DNA of 64,000 bases from Minisyncoccota bacterium (lineage in GTDB: Bacteria > Patescibacteriota > Minisyncoccia > Phycocordibacterales > SBAW01), in contig DASZWM010000007.1 in the NCBI GenBank assembly GCA_035546615.1, forward strand, positions 1,451 through 65,450. Direction: 5' to 3'. The notes under the pieces were generated by a model. It was not told the DNA's origin. It saw only the letters and a program-made list of their open reading frames with translations, and did not search any database. Position numbers and translations under genes: made by a program. Below, one piece after another: positions 35,774-45,795 of this stretch (its first letter is position 1; each line of letters begins with the position of its first letter).

Positions 35774-36759
35774 ACGCGCGCTACGAAGCTCAGGTATATC
35801 GCGGGCCGCGCATCGCGGGGCTTTTGCACGCCATGCTCGGGAATGCGCCATTCGCATGGTACCGCCGCGCGCGCAACGCGGCGATCGCCCCGTTCCTTAG
35901 GAAGCCGGCCCTTGCCACGGCCGTGTACAAGAACGGCCTGCGCTTCTGGGACGCCCGCTCCTACCGAAAGGCCCTGGCCTACTATCTCGCCAAACGCCAG
36001 ACGTTTGAGGAATACAGCGAGGACCGGTCGAATGAGCCGAAGGAATATCTCGATCTCGATTTCTGCGCGTACTTCCAATGCTACAAGAACAGACGCGCCA
36101 CCCGCGAAGCGCTGCGTTCGTTCCGGCGGCAGTACCCTGCAGTACCCGTGCTGCTCCTCTCCGACGGCGGCGACGACTTCAGCGAACTGGCGCGCGAATT
36201 CGGCTGCGAATACGAGCACGACCCTAAAAATATCGGTTACTGGCCGTGCAAGGACATGCTGCTATGGTTCAAGCGGCTTGCGCTCGCCTGCGAGCGGTTC
36301 GGCAAAGAGTGGGTGCTTATTCTTGAGGACGACGTGCGTACGCGCGACAGGATAAGCAAGTACCCGCACGCGCACCTTTCCGGCCAAGGCGGCAGCCGGG
36401 GCGCGCGGATAACGAAACAGCTGTCGCCTGCGGCGGTGGCGTATATACAAGAGAAATATCCGGATGCCGGAGCATTCGGCATCTCGGGCTGCGGCGGCTC
36501 CATATTCCATCGCGCGTCTTTTATGGACTGCTACGCAAAGCTGACGCCGGAGGATCTTGCGCGATGGTCCATGCTCGATCCCGGCTCTGAAGGAGCCACT
36601 GATATCGCGCTTACATTCCTGTTCCTCGCGAACGGATACACGGTGCGCCGCTGGCTGGACTTAAGCCACGACAGTATCGGCAATTGGGGGCCGGGCAGCG
36701 CGTTCGATCATCAGTTCAAGGAGTTTTACGGGCCAAAATCGGAGGGATCGCCGGTATGA
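35761..36759 (+). CDS. Hypothetical protein, possible GT-A-fold glycosyltransferase
   Basis: VPVLLLSDGGDDFSEL and WVLILEDDVRT are DxD-like. Low-confidence assignment. Confidence 0.5.
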   Translation: MERIDARYEAQVYRGPRIAGLLHAMLGNAPFAWYRRARNAAIAPFLRKPALATAVYKNGLRFWDARSYRKALAYYLAKRQTFEEYSEDRSNEPKEYLDLDFCAYFQCYKNRRATREALRSFRRQYPAVPVLLLSDGGDDFSELAREFGCEYEHDPKNIGYWPCKDMLLWFKRLALACERFGKEWVLILEDDVRTRDRISKYPHAHLSGQGGSRGARITKQLSPAAVAYIQEKYPDAGAFGISGCGGSIFHRASFMDCYAKLTPEDLARWSMLDPGSEGATDIALTFLFLANGYTVRRWLDLSHDSIGNWGPGSAFDHQFKEFYGPKSEGSPV

Positions 36760-37658
36760 TCATCGTCAAGATACACGGCGGCCTCGGCAATCAGCTGTTC
36801 CAATACGCGCTTGGAAAGGCGGTGGCGGATCGCAACAATATGCCGCTCATGCTCGACATCTCGGGCTACGGCCGCGTGGCCGACCGCTCCTACGGACTCT
36901 CCCCATTTTCCGTTTCCGCCGCAATCGCGTCGCCCGGTGATATTGCCACCCTCCTGCCGCCCGCGGATGGGAGCTTTCTCTCCCGCGTACGCAGAAAAGC
37001 ATTCTACGGGGTGCAGCAGCTCCTGCCGATTGAGAAGCGGGCATACGTGCGAGAGCCGCATTTCCATTTTGCGCCGGAGATATTGCGCGCCGGCAAGAAT
37101 GCCTATCTGGACGGCTATTGGCAGTCGCAAAAGTACTTCGCGGACATCGGGCCCGAGATCCGCAAACAGTTCGCTCTGGCTGCGCCGTTTGGCCCCGCCG
37201 CGGCAGCCATCGCTAGCGATATCGCAAAAGACGCACGGCTGGGCCGCGCCGTGTCGGTGCATGTGCGGCGCGGCGATTACGTGACGAATCCCAACGTAAC
37301 CGCAATGAACGGCGTGTGTCCGCCGGAATATTACCGCGCTGCGGCGCACGCCATGGCGAACCGCCTGGGGCAGCCGCCCGTATATTACGTATTTTCCGAC
37401 GACATCGAGTGGGTGCGCGAGCATATGCCCTTTCTCTCGCCGGCCGTGTTCGTATCCCGCCCCGGCATAGCTCCGCACGAGGACATTGCGCTCATGAGCC
37501 GCTGCTCGGCGCATATCCTTGCCAACAGCACCTTCAGCTGGTGGGGCGCGTGGCTTGATCCGAATCCTGCTAAGATAGTCATTGCGCCCAAAGAATGGTT
37601 CCGGGACCGGAGCGTCAATACCAAGGACGTGCTGCCGCCTGAGTGGATACAGCTATAG
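36756..37658 (+). CDS. GT11-family glycosyltransferase (alpha-1,2-fucosyltransferase-like), copy A
   Basis: MIIVKIHGGLGNQLFQYALGKAVA ... ILANSTFSWWGAWL. ATGA overlap with the upstream gene. Confidence 0.85.
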   Translation: MIIVKIHGGLGNQLFQYALGKAVADRNNMPLMLDISGYGRVADRSYGLSPFSVSAAIASPGDIATLLPPADGSFLSRVRRKAFYGVQQLLPIEKRAYVREPHFHFAPEILRAGKNAYLDGYWQSQKYFADIGPEIRKQFALAAPFGPAAAAIASDIAKDARLGRAVSVHVRRGDYVTNPNVTAMNGVCPPEYYRAAAHAMANRLGQPPVYYVFSDDIEWVREHMPFLSPAVFVSRPGIAPHEDIALMSRCSAHILANSTFSWWGAWLDPNPAKIVIAPKEWFRDRSVNTKDVLPPEWIQL

Positions 37659-37669
37659 GCGCAAACGAC

Positions 37670-38569
37670 ATGATAATCATCAAATTACAGCACGGCCTCG
37701 GCAATCAGCTGTTCCAGTATGCGCTCGGCAAAAAGCTCGCGCTTCTGCACGGCACCGAACTGAAGCTCGACATATCGACCTACACGCAGCGCATCGGCTA
37801 TCGCCATTTCGGGCTCGAGCCTTTTGCGATTACCGCGCCCGTCGCGGCACCGGAGGACTTCAGGCGCATACGCGTGCCCCCTCCTACCCAGGACCTGCTG
37901 TCGCGCATCAGGCGCAAGGCGCTGCGCATGCGGGAGCAGGGCACACCACTCAATGAGAGGCGTTTTATTACGGAACCCCGGCCGACATTCATCCCCGAAG
38001 TGCTTCAGGCGCGCGATAATGCATACCTCGTAGGCGATTGGCAGAGCGAAAAGTACTTCAAGGACATCGCGCCCGTCATACGCCGCGAATTCGCGCTTAA
38101 AGAGCCCTTGCAGGGCGCCGCTCTGCGCGTGGCCGAGCAGATCAGGCAATCGCACGGCACGCCGGTGTCGCTTCATGTGCGGCGCGGTGACAGCGTGAGC
38201 AACCCGAAGTCCATACAGAAGTTCGGCACGATGCCGCTCTCCTATTATCTTGAGGCGGCGCGGATGATGCGGCAGAAGGTGCCCGACGCCGTGTTTTTCG
38301 TATTCTCGGACGACATTCTCTGGGCGCACGAACATCTGGCAGAGCTTGCCCCCATAGTGTTCGCGTCAGATCCCGAGATAAAGGATTACGAGGACCTGAC
38401 GCTCATGAGCCTATGCGCCCACCATATCCTTCCCAACAGCACGTTCAGCTGGTGGAGCGCCTGGCTCAATCCCAGCCCTCATAAGCTGGTTATCGCTCCC
38501 AAGAAGTATTTCCAAGACCCGTCCATGGACACCAGCGACCTTATGCCGCCTGAGTGGATACGGCTGTAA
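37670..38569 (+). CDS. GT11-family glycosyltransferase (alpha-1,2-fucosyltransferase-like), copy B (tandem paralogue)
   Basis: MIIIKLQHGLGNQLFQYALGKKLA ... ILPNSTFSWWSAWL. Shared C-terminal ...LMPPEWIRL/LPPEWIQL. Confidence 0.85.
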   Translation: MIIIKLQHGLGNQLFQYALGKKLALLHGTELKLDISTYTQRIGYRHFGLEPFAITAPVAAPEDFRRIRVPPPTQDLLSRIRRKALRMREQGTPLNERRFITEPRPTFIPEVLQARDNAYLVGDWQSEKYFKDIAPVIRREFALKEPLQGAALRVAEQIRQSHGTPVSLHVRRGDSVSNPKSIQKFGTMPLSYYLEAARMMRQKVPDAVFFVFSDDILWAHEHLAELAPIVFASDPEIKDYEDLTLMSLCAHHILPNSTFSWWSAWLNPSPHKLVIAPKKYFQDPSMDTSDLMPPEWIRL

Positions 38570-38599
38570 CAGCGCGGGCGGATATGCTACTGTAATCGA

Positions 38600-39397
38600 A
38601 TGCAATCATCATTTGCCCAAGTCCCCGTCGATGCCGTCCGCGATTTCTGGAACCGCCGTCCGTGCAACATCCGCCACTCCCCCAGCCCCGTCGGTACAAA
38701 AGCCTATTTTGACGAGGTGGAGGCACGCAAATACAAAGTCGAGCCGCACATTCCCGGTTTTGCGGACTTTCCGCGCTGGAAGGGGAAAAAAGTGCTCGAA
38801 ATAGGGGGCGGCATCGGGACCGACTCCGTCAATTTCGCGCGAGCCGGAGCGAAGCTTACCGTGACCGAGCTGTCGGAGGAAAGCCTCAAGATATGCCAGG
38901 AGCGCTTCAAGGTATTCGGCCTGCAGGCATCGTTCTATACCGGCGACGCGGAGCGCCTTTCGGACATTGTCCCGGTCGAGAAGTACGACCTCGTATACTC
39001 CTTCGGCGTCATTCATCACTCGCCGCATCCGGAGCGCATCATCGAGGAAATAAAGAAGTACATGGGTCCGGACTCGGAGCTGCGCATCATGCTCTACGCC
39101 AAATACTCCACCAAGAACCTGCTTATTCTCCTAGGCCTGATGCAGCCGGAGGCCCAGACGGGGTGCCCAATCGCCTACACCTACAGCGGCCGCGACGTGC
39201 GCAAGCTTCTGAAGGGCTTCGACGTCGTCTCCATCAAGAAAGACCATATATTCTCCTACCAGATAGAGCCGTACAAGCGCTACGAGTACAAGAAGTCGTT
39301 CCCCTGGAACCTCACTCCTGAGCCGATATTCCACATGTTCGAGCGGCTCTTCGGCTGGCACCTTCTCATCACCGCGAAGCTGCCGAAGCATGGCTAA
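38600..39397 (+). CDS. Class I SAM-dependent methyltransferase
   Basis: [32 protein letters not shown] ... [12 protein letters not shown]. Confidence 0.75.
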   Translation: MQSSFAQVPVDAVRDFWNRRPCNIRHSPSPVGTKAYFDEVEARKYKVEPHIPGFADFPRWKGKKVLEIGGGIGTDSVNFARAGAKLTVTELSEESLKICQERFKVFGLQASFYTGDAERLSDIVPVEKYDLVYSFGVIHHSPHPERIIEEIKKYMGPDSELRIMLYAKYSTKNLLILLGLMQPEAQTGCPIAYTYSGRDVRKLLKGFDVVSIKKDHIFSYQIEPYKRYEYKKSFPWNLTPEPIFHMFERLFGWHLLITAKLPKHG

Positions 39398-40310
39398 GAA
39401 GAGAGGCTGTATCGTATATCTCGTACGCACATCGCAGGAGGATCTGGACATGCTCAATAAGTCCCTTGGACTCGTTGAGCGCAACCTCCTGCCCTCAATG
39501 CAGGAGAAGCCGGACATACTTCTTTTCCATGAACCGTCGTTCGGTCCGGAATTCAAGAGCAAGGTCCGTCCGGTGACGGCGGGCGCCGTCCTGTTTCAGG
39601 AGATCGAGTTCCGCCTCCCTCCGTATCCGCCGCGCATAGCGGACGCCATACCGGAGTACGTTCCCCACCCCACACACGGTAACGGTCCGCTTGGATGGGG
39701 GCACCCGGGATTCGGCATGGGATACCGGTTCATGTGCGACTTTTTCGCCGGCTCCATGTACGACCAGGCCGTCTTGCAGGGCTACGAATACTATTTGCGC
39801 CTCGATACCGACTCGTTCATCCTATCGCCCGTCAGGTACGACATGTTCGAGCGCATGCAGTCATCCGGATGCGAATACGGCTTCATAGAAACGGCCCTGC
39901 AGCAGGACGAGCCTGCGGTCATTGAAGGCCTTTGGAGCGAGACGAAGCGCTGGATCGACAGCAACGCAATACGCACGCAGGTGCCGATAGCGGCGCTGCC
40001 GGAGGGCCGGATGTTCTATACCAATTTCGAGCTTGGGAAGGTCGCTTCGTTCTCGCCGGGTTCCGACTATTACCGCTTCTATTCGTTCATACGGGAAACC
40101 GGCAATATATTCATCCGCCGCTGGGGCGACGCGCCCATCAAGTATCTCGGCGTGAACCTGTTCATACGGCCCGAAGCCGTACAGGGCGCGCGCGGCTTCC
40201 GATACCAGCACGGCGCCATATTCGATCTGCCCGGCTACCACAAGCCGTTTCCCTGGAAAGATCCAAGGCCCCGGCGCATCGCGGGCTGGCTCAAGAGCCT
40301 GCTCTCGTAG
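39390..40310 (+). CDS. GT15-like (Kre2/Mnt1-type alpha-1,2-mannosyltransferase-like) glycosyltransferase
   Basis: [56 protein letters not shown] parallels Kre2 YRNMCRFNSGFF..YDYYFRVEPNVKYFCD..KKYGF..NFEIGDM..ERWGDAPVHS. Confidence 0.7.
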   Translation: MAKKRGCIVYLVRTSQEDLDMLNKSLGLVERNLLPSMQEKPDILLFHEPSFGPEFKSKVRPVTAGAVLFQEIEFRLPPYPPRIADAIPEYVPHPTHGNGPLGWGHPGFGMGYRFMCDFFAGSMYDQAVLQGYEYYLRLDTDSFILSPVRYDMFERMQSSGCEYGFIETALQQDEPAVIEGLWSETKRWIDSNAIRTQVPIAALPEGRMFYTNFELGKVASFSPGSDYYRFYSFIRETGNIFIRRWGDAPIKYLGVNLFIRPEAVQGARGFRYQHGAIFDLPGYHKPFPWKDPRPRRIAGWLKSLLS

Positions 40311-40323
40311 CTACGCAAAGCGC

Positions 40324-40950
40324 TTACTTCTTTAAAAAAACAAAGTAGCCGCTCGTTTGCTTGGAGGAGTGTTTTTTGAAAAGCAGGTCGAGCAGAAAGC
40401 CGAGGTCTTCGAACACGCGCCAGCGTCCCAATGGGCTCAGCCGCACCAGCGTTTCCAAAGGGCCTCGTACCGGCTGCATGGCAATGCTGCCGAACGGCTT
40501 GAAGATATGCCTTAGCGAATCTTCGGTAAAGCGCCAATAATCGCCGTAGTACCCCTTCTCGGCATGATAATAGTAGAGAAAAGGAACGTAGACGAAGCAG
40601 TATCCCCCGGGCTTCAGCACGCGGTGCATTTCGCTCGCCGCCTTGATCGGGTTCTCGACGTGTTCAAGCACGGCATTGCATACGACAGCCTCCTGCGTGT
40701 CGCTGCCGAACGGCAGGTCCTGAACGTCACCCACGATATCCGGATTGAAGTCCGGCACGTAATCCAATATCTTATACGATGTCTTTTGCTCCTCCATCAG
40801 CGCGCGTATCCACTTATGCGATGCATCAAGGCGGTTGGAACGGTCGCGCGCGATGCGCAGGCCTCCGCCGATATCGACGACTTCATGTTTCTCCCGAAGG
40901 ATGCGCCCTATGCTTTCCTTATAAAAGACGTCCCAAGGGCGTGTAAGCAT
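40324..40950 (-). CDS. Class I SAM-dependent methyltransferase (Methyltransf_11-like)
   Basis: Start at ATG 40950 (MLTRPWDV). VVDIGGGLRIA..VVCNAVLEHVENP..LKPGGYCFV. The 5' extension in the track ORF is junk. Confidence 0.75.
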   Translation of the reverse strand: MLTRPWDVFYKESIGRILREKHEVVDIGGGLRIARDRSNRLDASHKWIRALMEEQKTSYKILDYVPDFNPDIVGDVQDLPFGSDTQEAVVCNAVLEHVENPIKAASEMHRVLKPGGYCFVYVPFLYYYHAEKGYYGDYWRFTEDSLRHIFKPFGSIAMQPVRGPLETLVRLSPLGRWRVFEDLGFLLDLLFKKHSSKQTSGYFVFLKK

Positions 40951-40951
40951 G

Positions 40952-41659
40952 TTACTTTTGTAGCACGTATACCTTCTCGTGCGCCAGGCCGGGCGCAACA
41001 GGCAGCATACACGCCTCAGCGAGCCGTTGAAGAACGCGCGCCAGGGCCGGGAATCTCCATATGAACGGGACGAAAAATCCGCACGGTACCGTTTGCACGA
41101 TCGTGAACAAGGAGCGCATATACTCTTCATACTCCCGGTACGAAAGCATGTTCTCAAATCCTTCCTCCCCACCCCGCATCCGCGCATGGAGCGATCCCTG
41201 CCCGGCTATGGAACAGATGTACACGCCGCCCGGCCGCAAGGCGCCGTGCGCAGCCTTGAGGTCTTCCTGCCACGGCGCATAGTTGAGCACGCCCACCTCA
41301 AGCACCACGTCAAAGCCCCCGTGCAGAAGGGCGCCTTCGCGCACGAAGTACGCAATGGGGCGGGCGCCGTTTGCCGCCTTCGCCGCCGCAACCATGTCGG
41401 GCGCGATGTCGTTCCCTTCCACCCGGCCGAGCTTCGCGCTAAAAGCGTCATATGCCGCCCGGAGAACGACCCCATCAGCGATCCCCACTTCCAGAAGCGC
41501 CGCAGGCGCGGGGCGATTCTTGAGAAATCTTCCAAGCATGCCGAGGACGAGCTTCAGGCGGCGTTTGAAGAAATACTGCACGTAATCGGTCTCCCGTTCG
41601 GGATACCGCTTGCGCGAGTAATTGACGCTTTCTTGGTTGTAATAGTCGGTGTCTTTCAT
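40952..41659 (-). CDS. Class I SAM-dependent methyltransferase
   Basis: Start MKDTDYYN at 41659 (ATGA overlap with the stop of the upstream GT4). LLEVGIADGVVL..LRPGGVYICS. Confidence 0.75.
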   Translation of the reverse strand: MKDTDYYNQESVNYSRKRYPERETDYVQYFFKRRLKLVLGMLGRFLKNRPAPAALLEVGIADGVVLRAAYDAFSAKLGRVEGNDIAPDMVAAAKAANGARPIAYFVREGALLHGGFDVVLEVGVLNYAPWQEDLKAAHGALRPGGVYICSIAGQGSLHARMRGGEEGFENMLSYREYEEYMRSLFTIVQTVPCGFFVPFIWRFPALARVLQRLAEACMLPVAPGLAHEKVYVLQK

Positions 41660-42759
41660 ACTGCTTTGAGTACTGAGGCCGCCCTTTCCGCCCATGAAAA
41701 TCCTTTCGCTTTTTCCTGCGCCGCCGAGGCGCGTTCGCGCGCGCCGGCGCGATCCGCAAGCGCCCTTGCTATCGCCTCCGCCAGCGCCTCCGGGTCGTCG
41801 GGCGCGGCAAAGTACGCCGTCTCGCCGTCAAGCACTTCGCGGATGCTCGGGAGATCAGAAGCCACTATCGGCTTCCCCGCCGCCATGTATTCGAACATCT
41901 TGAGCGGCGACGTATACAATCGCGAAATATCCTCCTGGGCGCTATTGGGCAGTACAAGAACGTCAGCCGTGCTCAAATGCCCGGGCAACTCCGCATGCGG
42001 CCGCCAGCCCACGATACGCACGTTCTTTTGCGCGCCGTAGGCGGCCTTGAATCGTCCCAGCTCCTGGTCCGTACCTCCTATGAATACGAAAAATGCGTCG
42101 GGCAGATACGAGGCCGCTTGCGCCAGCGCGTTGGCGCCCTTCCATGCATACAAATGGCCCGTATACATGATGAGCGGCACGTCCGCATGGATGCCGAGCT
42201 CCTGCCTGAGCATGCTCGGCGGAGCCCCCGCAAACAGGGCGTAATCGGCCGCATCAGGAAGAAGCAGGAGCTTGTTCTCCGGAACGCCCCGCTCCCTGAA
42301 AAAGTCCGCCAGCCCCTGTGAAATAACAGCCAGGAACCGGCAGACGCGGGAGGCCCGCCGAACGGCGAAATTCCAGCGACCCTCATGCGCTTCGAAAACC
42401 ATAGGCAGTCTCAGGAAGAAGCTCAAAAGCCAGATTGCCAGCTCATCGCGGCTGTACAGCAGTCCCTCCTTTTCGTGGCGCAAGCGCCATGCGCATGCAA
42501 CGCTGAAGGTCAGGCGGTGCAGCCAGAAGCCCGCCTTTCCCTGCACGCTCGTATCAAGCGATGGAAGCGCTTGTATCCTGAAACTCGGTTCGACTCCGTA
42601 ATACGCGAAGGGGTCTGCCGTAATGCTGTTCGGGCGCCTGGGGACCAGCAGTTCTACGTCCGCGCCCTGCGCGGCGAGCGCCTCGCACATCTTCATGACC
42701 TGGAGCCCGTGGGCTTTTTCCGTCGGCAGGCGGATGGCGGCGATATAGAAGAGTTTCAT
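41656..42759 (-). CDS. GT4-family glycosyltransferase
   Basis: MKLFYIAAIRLPTEKAHGLQVMKMCEALA..MYTGHLYAWKGANALAQ..EYMAAGKPIVASDLPSIREV. Confidence 0.8.
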   Translation of the reverse strand: MKLFYIAAIRLPTEKAHGLQVMKMCEALAAQGADVELLVPRRPNSITADPFAYYGVEPSFRIQALPSLDTSVQGKAGFWLHRLTFSVACAWRLRHEKEGLLYSRDELAIWLLSFFLRLPMVFEAHEGRWNFAVRRASRVCRFLAVISQGLADFFRERGVPENKLLLLPDAADYALFAGAPPSMLRQELGIHADVPLIMYTGHLYAWKGANALAQAASYLPDAFFVFIGGTDQELGRFKAAYGAQKNVRIVGWRPHAELPGHLSTADVLVLPNSAQEDISRLYTSPLKMFEYMAAGKPIVASDLPSIREVLDGETAYFAAPDDPEALAEAIARALADRAGARERASAAQEKAKGFSWAERAASVLKAV

Positions 42760-42822
42760 ACGGCAGTAACAGGACCCCAACTCATCGGACGCGCGGTCAT
42801 GGCCAGAATATAGCACGGAAGG

Positions 42823-43890
42823 CTACATCAGCGCCTTCCACAGCGCGATATGCTTTTGCGCGGCGCTCTCCCACGTATGCGGGGCTATGGAGGCCGCTAC
42901 GGCCTCCTGAGACGGCACGGGCAAGCCGGGAAGCGCCCGCAGCAAGGCACCAAGATCCTGCACGTCCCTGAAGACGTATCCGTTGCGCCCGTGGCGGACC
43001 TGCTCCGCGCCCGGAATATCGCGCGCAATGACCGGAAGCCCGAGCGAAAGGGAAAGCTGTATCGAGCCGGACGTCAATTCCGAATCATCGAAATAAAAGA
43101 CGGCGTAGTCGGCGCACGCCGCGTACGAAGCCATGCGGTCGTCGGGAATGAAGGCGTCGCCGAACACGGTGCCCGGCACATCGGCCGCCAGGGCCTTGAG
43201 CTTTTGCAGATATCCTTCATCCCCACCCCCCGCAATCCACAGCCTGATTCGGGGATCCAGATCCGCGCCGGCCGCGCGCATGGCTTCAAAGATGCGCTCT
43301 ATCTTTTTATACGGCCGTACCGCGCCAAGCGCCGCAAGCACGATGTCCCCGGACGCGAAGCCGAGCCGCTCGCGCAGTGCCGGGTCCCGCTGCGCGAGCG
43401 GTCCGAAGAAAGAGCCGTAATTGCTGTGCGGTATATATGCTACCTTTTTGCGGGGATACAGGATTTCGCAAGTCTTTGCGGTAGATGCCTGCTGCGCGAC
43501 CAGGCCGTCGGCCGCAAGCGCGACGAGGAAGCGGCCCAGCCGGTCTATGCGCGGATGCGGGTAGTCATGCTCGCGCGCGTTATGGAGCACCCACACTATC
43601 TTGAAGCCGAACAGCGCCTTAAGCGCGAAGAGCGTCGGAATATTCACGCACAGCCGGAGGATGGAGCGCAGGGCGTACCTGCTGCCATAGAGCACGGTCG
43701 GCCAGTGGATGCACAGGATGCGCCGAGGGCTTGTCCAGGGGTGCTGTAAGAGAAGGAGGAACACGCTCTGCCGCGGCACCTCCCGGAGGACGGCTTCGCC
43801 TCTATGCGCCTCAAGCGCGCGGCGCCACAGCAGGAAATACGGGTTCCCGCGGGCGTTATAGGGCATGGAAAACACCTCGATCTCAGCCAT
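42823..43890 (-). CDS. GT4-family glycosyltransferase
   Basis: IAGGGDEGYLQKLKALAADVPGTVF..LSLSLGLPVIARDIPGAEQVRHGRNGYVF. Confidence 0.8.
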   Translation of the reverse strand: MAEIEVFSMPYNARGNPYFLLWRRALEAHRGEAVLREVPRQSVFLLLLQHPWTSPRRILCIHWPTVLYGSRYALRSILRLCVNIPTLFALKALFGFKIVWVLHNAREHDYPHPRIDRLGRFLVALAADGLVAQQASTAKTCEILYPRKKVAYIPHSNYGSFFGPLAQRDPALRERLGFASGDIVLAALGAVRPYKKIERIFEAMRAAGADLDPRIRLWIAGGGDEGYLQKLKALAADVPGTVFGDAFIPDDRMASYAACADYAVFYFDDSELTSGSIQLSLSLGLPVIARDIPGAEQVRHGRNGYVFRDVQDLGALLRALPGLPVPSQEAVAASIAPHTWESAAQKHIALWKALM

Positions 43891-44644
43891 GCGGAGTGAA
43901 GATGAAATTATTCACGTACGAAGGGCTCTTGAAATCCTCCGGACGCTGGTTGTGACCCGCGCTGAAATCCGACAGCGGCCGGAGCACCTGCGAGGCGCGG
44001 TCCCAGAAGGATCCTTCGTACCCGCGCGCGAGTATCCACGCGAAGATATCCTCTATCGGCTCGGTGTGGTGGCGCTGCTCTATCTCGACGATAAGAGCGG
44101 GACGATCTTCGGCGAGGGTCTTCTGCGCGCCAAGCAGTACGTCTTTCTCATGGCCCTCGACATCTATCTTGATGCACCCGACCGGCCCGCAATGGGCGGC
44201 GGCTTTTGCCTCATCGAGCGTCAGGGTGGCAACCGTCTCTACCTGCGCGGCCTCCTCCCCGTCCTCTTTAAAATCTTCAAGGGTCCCGCGCGTCGGGTAT
44301 TCCCGCCCGCGTATCGTGGGCACCTTGAACCGCGCCTCTCCGGCGCGCGAGGAAAGGGCCGCCTGCGCGATATGCGCGCCCGGAAACAGCTGCTTGAGTT
44401 GGGAAACGTACTGCGCCTGCGGCTCGAAGGCGTATATGCGGGAAAGGGGCAGGTGCGCGCTTGCCGCGTATACGTACGCTCCTACGTTGGCGCCTACGTC
44501 GAAGAACGCTTTATTCGGATCGATCAGGTCCCCGAGCAGGAACAGCTCGGGTTCCGCGCTCGTGCGCGCGATATCGCCGGGGCGCATAGGGCCGAGGTGG
44601 CGGAATTGCCGGTACCGCAGGATGGCCGCTATAAGGGTGTTCAT
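43883..44644 (-). CDS. FkbM-family methyltransferase
   Basis: FFDVGANVGAYVYAAS..IYAFEPQAQY..IKIDVEGHEKDVLLGAQKTL. Confidence 0.8.
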   Translation of the reverse strand: MNTLIAAILRYRQFRHLGPMRPGDIARTSAEPELFLLGDLIDPNKAFFDVGANVGAYVYAASAHLPLSRIYAFEPQAQYVSQLKQLFPGAHIAQAALSSRAGEARFKVPTIRGREYPTRGTLEDFKEDGEEAAQVETVATLTLDEAKAAAHCGPVGCIKIDVEGHEKDVLLGAQKTLAEDRPALIVEIEQRHHTEPIEDIFAWILARGYEGSFWDRASQVLRPLSDFSAGHNQRPEDFKSPSYVNNFIFTPHG

Positions 44645-44669
44645 ACTACGGATCAGGATGCCTGCGAGG

Positions 44670-45734
44670 CTACGAGGACAGGATGTCGTAGAAGCGCTCG
44701 ATGAGGCGGTCGAGATTGTGCGACTTCACTACGACGTCCCGAAGCTCCCGGTTCTTCCCCCGCACATCCATGAAGGAGAGGATGCCGCGCGCTATGACAT
44801 CGGGCTCGTTGCTCTCCAGAAAGTGGTTGGGAGGCAGCAGCTCCTTGAACGTCCGGTTGCTGGTCAGTATGTTGAGGCCGCAGGCCATGGCTTCGAGCCC
44901 CGCCTTGTCGAGGCCCGTATTGCCCGCAAGATTGAGAAAGAGGTCGTGCGCGTTGTATACGGCTGGCATATCCTGGTTCTCCGCCCGTCCGCCGAAGCGC
45001 ACGTATCCCTCAAGCTTTTCCCGGGCGATATAGTCTTCGATCTCCTTGTAGTACGCTTTGTCGCTCTCGAGGAACGGCTGGCCGTATATGTCGAGCTGAA
45101 GCTTGGTATGGCCCTGCCCCACCAGCAGGCTGACCGCCCGGCACATCAGGAGCTGGTTCTTGGTCGGCGTAATGCGCCCTGTCGACAACAGGCGCAGTTT
45201 CGGGGACGGGCTTCCTTCGGGCTCCGGACTGTAGAAATCGGTGTCTATTCCGTGCCCGGTATATATCCGCTTCGCCGTCTCGTATGGAAATGTCGTAGGC
45301 GAGGCGGTGACGACAGCGTTGACCAGCGCGACGGCAAGCTTTACGTCCCACGTTATCGTCCGATGGTTGTACCAAAGAACGCGCTTTTTGCCGAACAGCG
45401 CATACAAGGGCCATCCAAGGATGGCGTATATCTGGTTCATGTGGATGAACACGCCGCCTACGCGAGGAACGAACTTCCACAGGTAGTAGTACAGATTCAG
45501 AGCCTCCCGAAGGCGCGAGTAGCCCTTTTCCTTGCCCAGGCTCACCACTTCCACATTCCCAGGAAGCGGCGCGTACGTGCCTTCAAAAAGGCATACCACT
45601 TTTACCTCGTCGAAGTGCTTTGCGAACGTGCGTATCCAGTTGGTGAAGAACCACAGGTCAAAGTCGGTCTCGTCGACCTTCTGGGTCAGGATAAGTATCG
45701 AGCGCGGCTGGTCGGAATGGTTCATGCGATACAA
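44670..45734 (-). CDS. GT4-family glycosyltransferase
   Basis: RSILILTQKVDETD..FGGRAENQDMPAVYNAHDLFLNLAGNTGLDKAGLEAMACGLNILTSN. Confidence 0.8.
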   Translation of the reverse strand: MYRMNHSDQPRSILILTQKVDETDFDLWFFTNWIRTFAKHFDEVKVVCLFEGTYAPLPGNVEVVSLGKEKGYSRLREALNLYYYLWKFVPRVGGVFIHMNQIYAILGWPLYALFGKKRVLWYNHRTITWDVKLAVALVNAVVTASPTTFPYETAKRIYTGHGIDTDFYSPEPEGSPSPKLRLLSTGRITPTKNQLLMCRAVSLLVGQGHTKLQLDIYGQPFLESDKAYYKEIEDYIAREKLEGYVRFGGRAENQDMPAVYNAHDLFLNLAGNTGLDKAGLEAMACGLNILTSNRTFKELLPPNHFLESNEPDVIARGILSFMDVRGKNRELRDVVVKSHNLDRLIERFYDILSS

Positions 45735-45795
45735 TAAACTATTTCATTAAAAGGGCGTCCGGGCAAATCGTTTCTACAAAGACGTTGGAACGGAT

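Noticed and set aside
44064-45737. 557-aa plus-strand ORF. Similar long antisense ORFs occur at 22034-23059, 24557-25612, 40979-42040, 52930-53853, 14170-15039, 15549-16226, 33629-34351 and 27392-27946.
   Set aside because: All lie opposite well-supported genes (GT4/FkbM, Wzy_C, UDPGDH, methyltransferase, TraD-like, obg, ccdA, GT11, epimerase). They show junk composition (R/A/G/P-rich) and are high-GC antisense artefacts.
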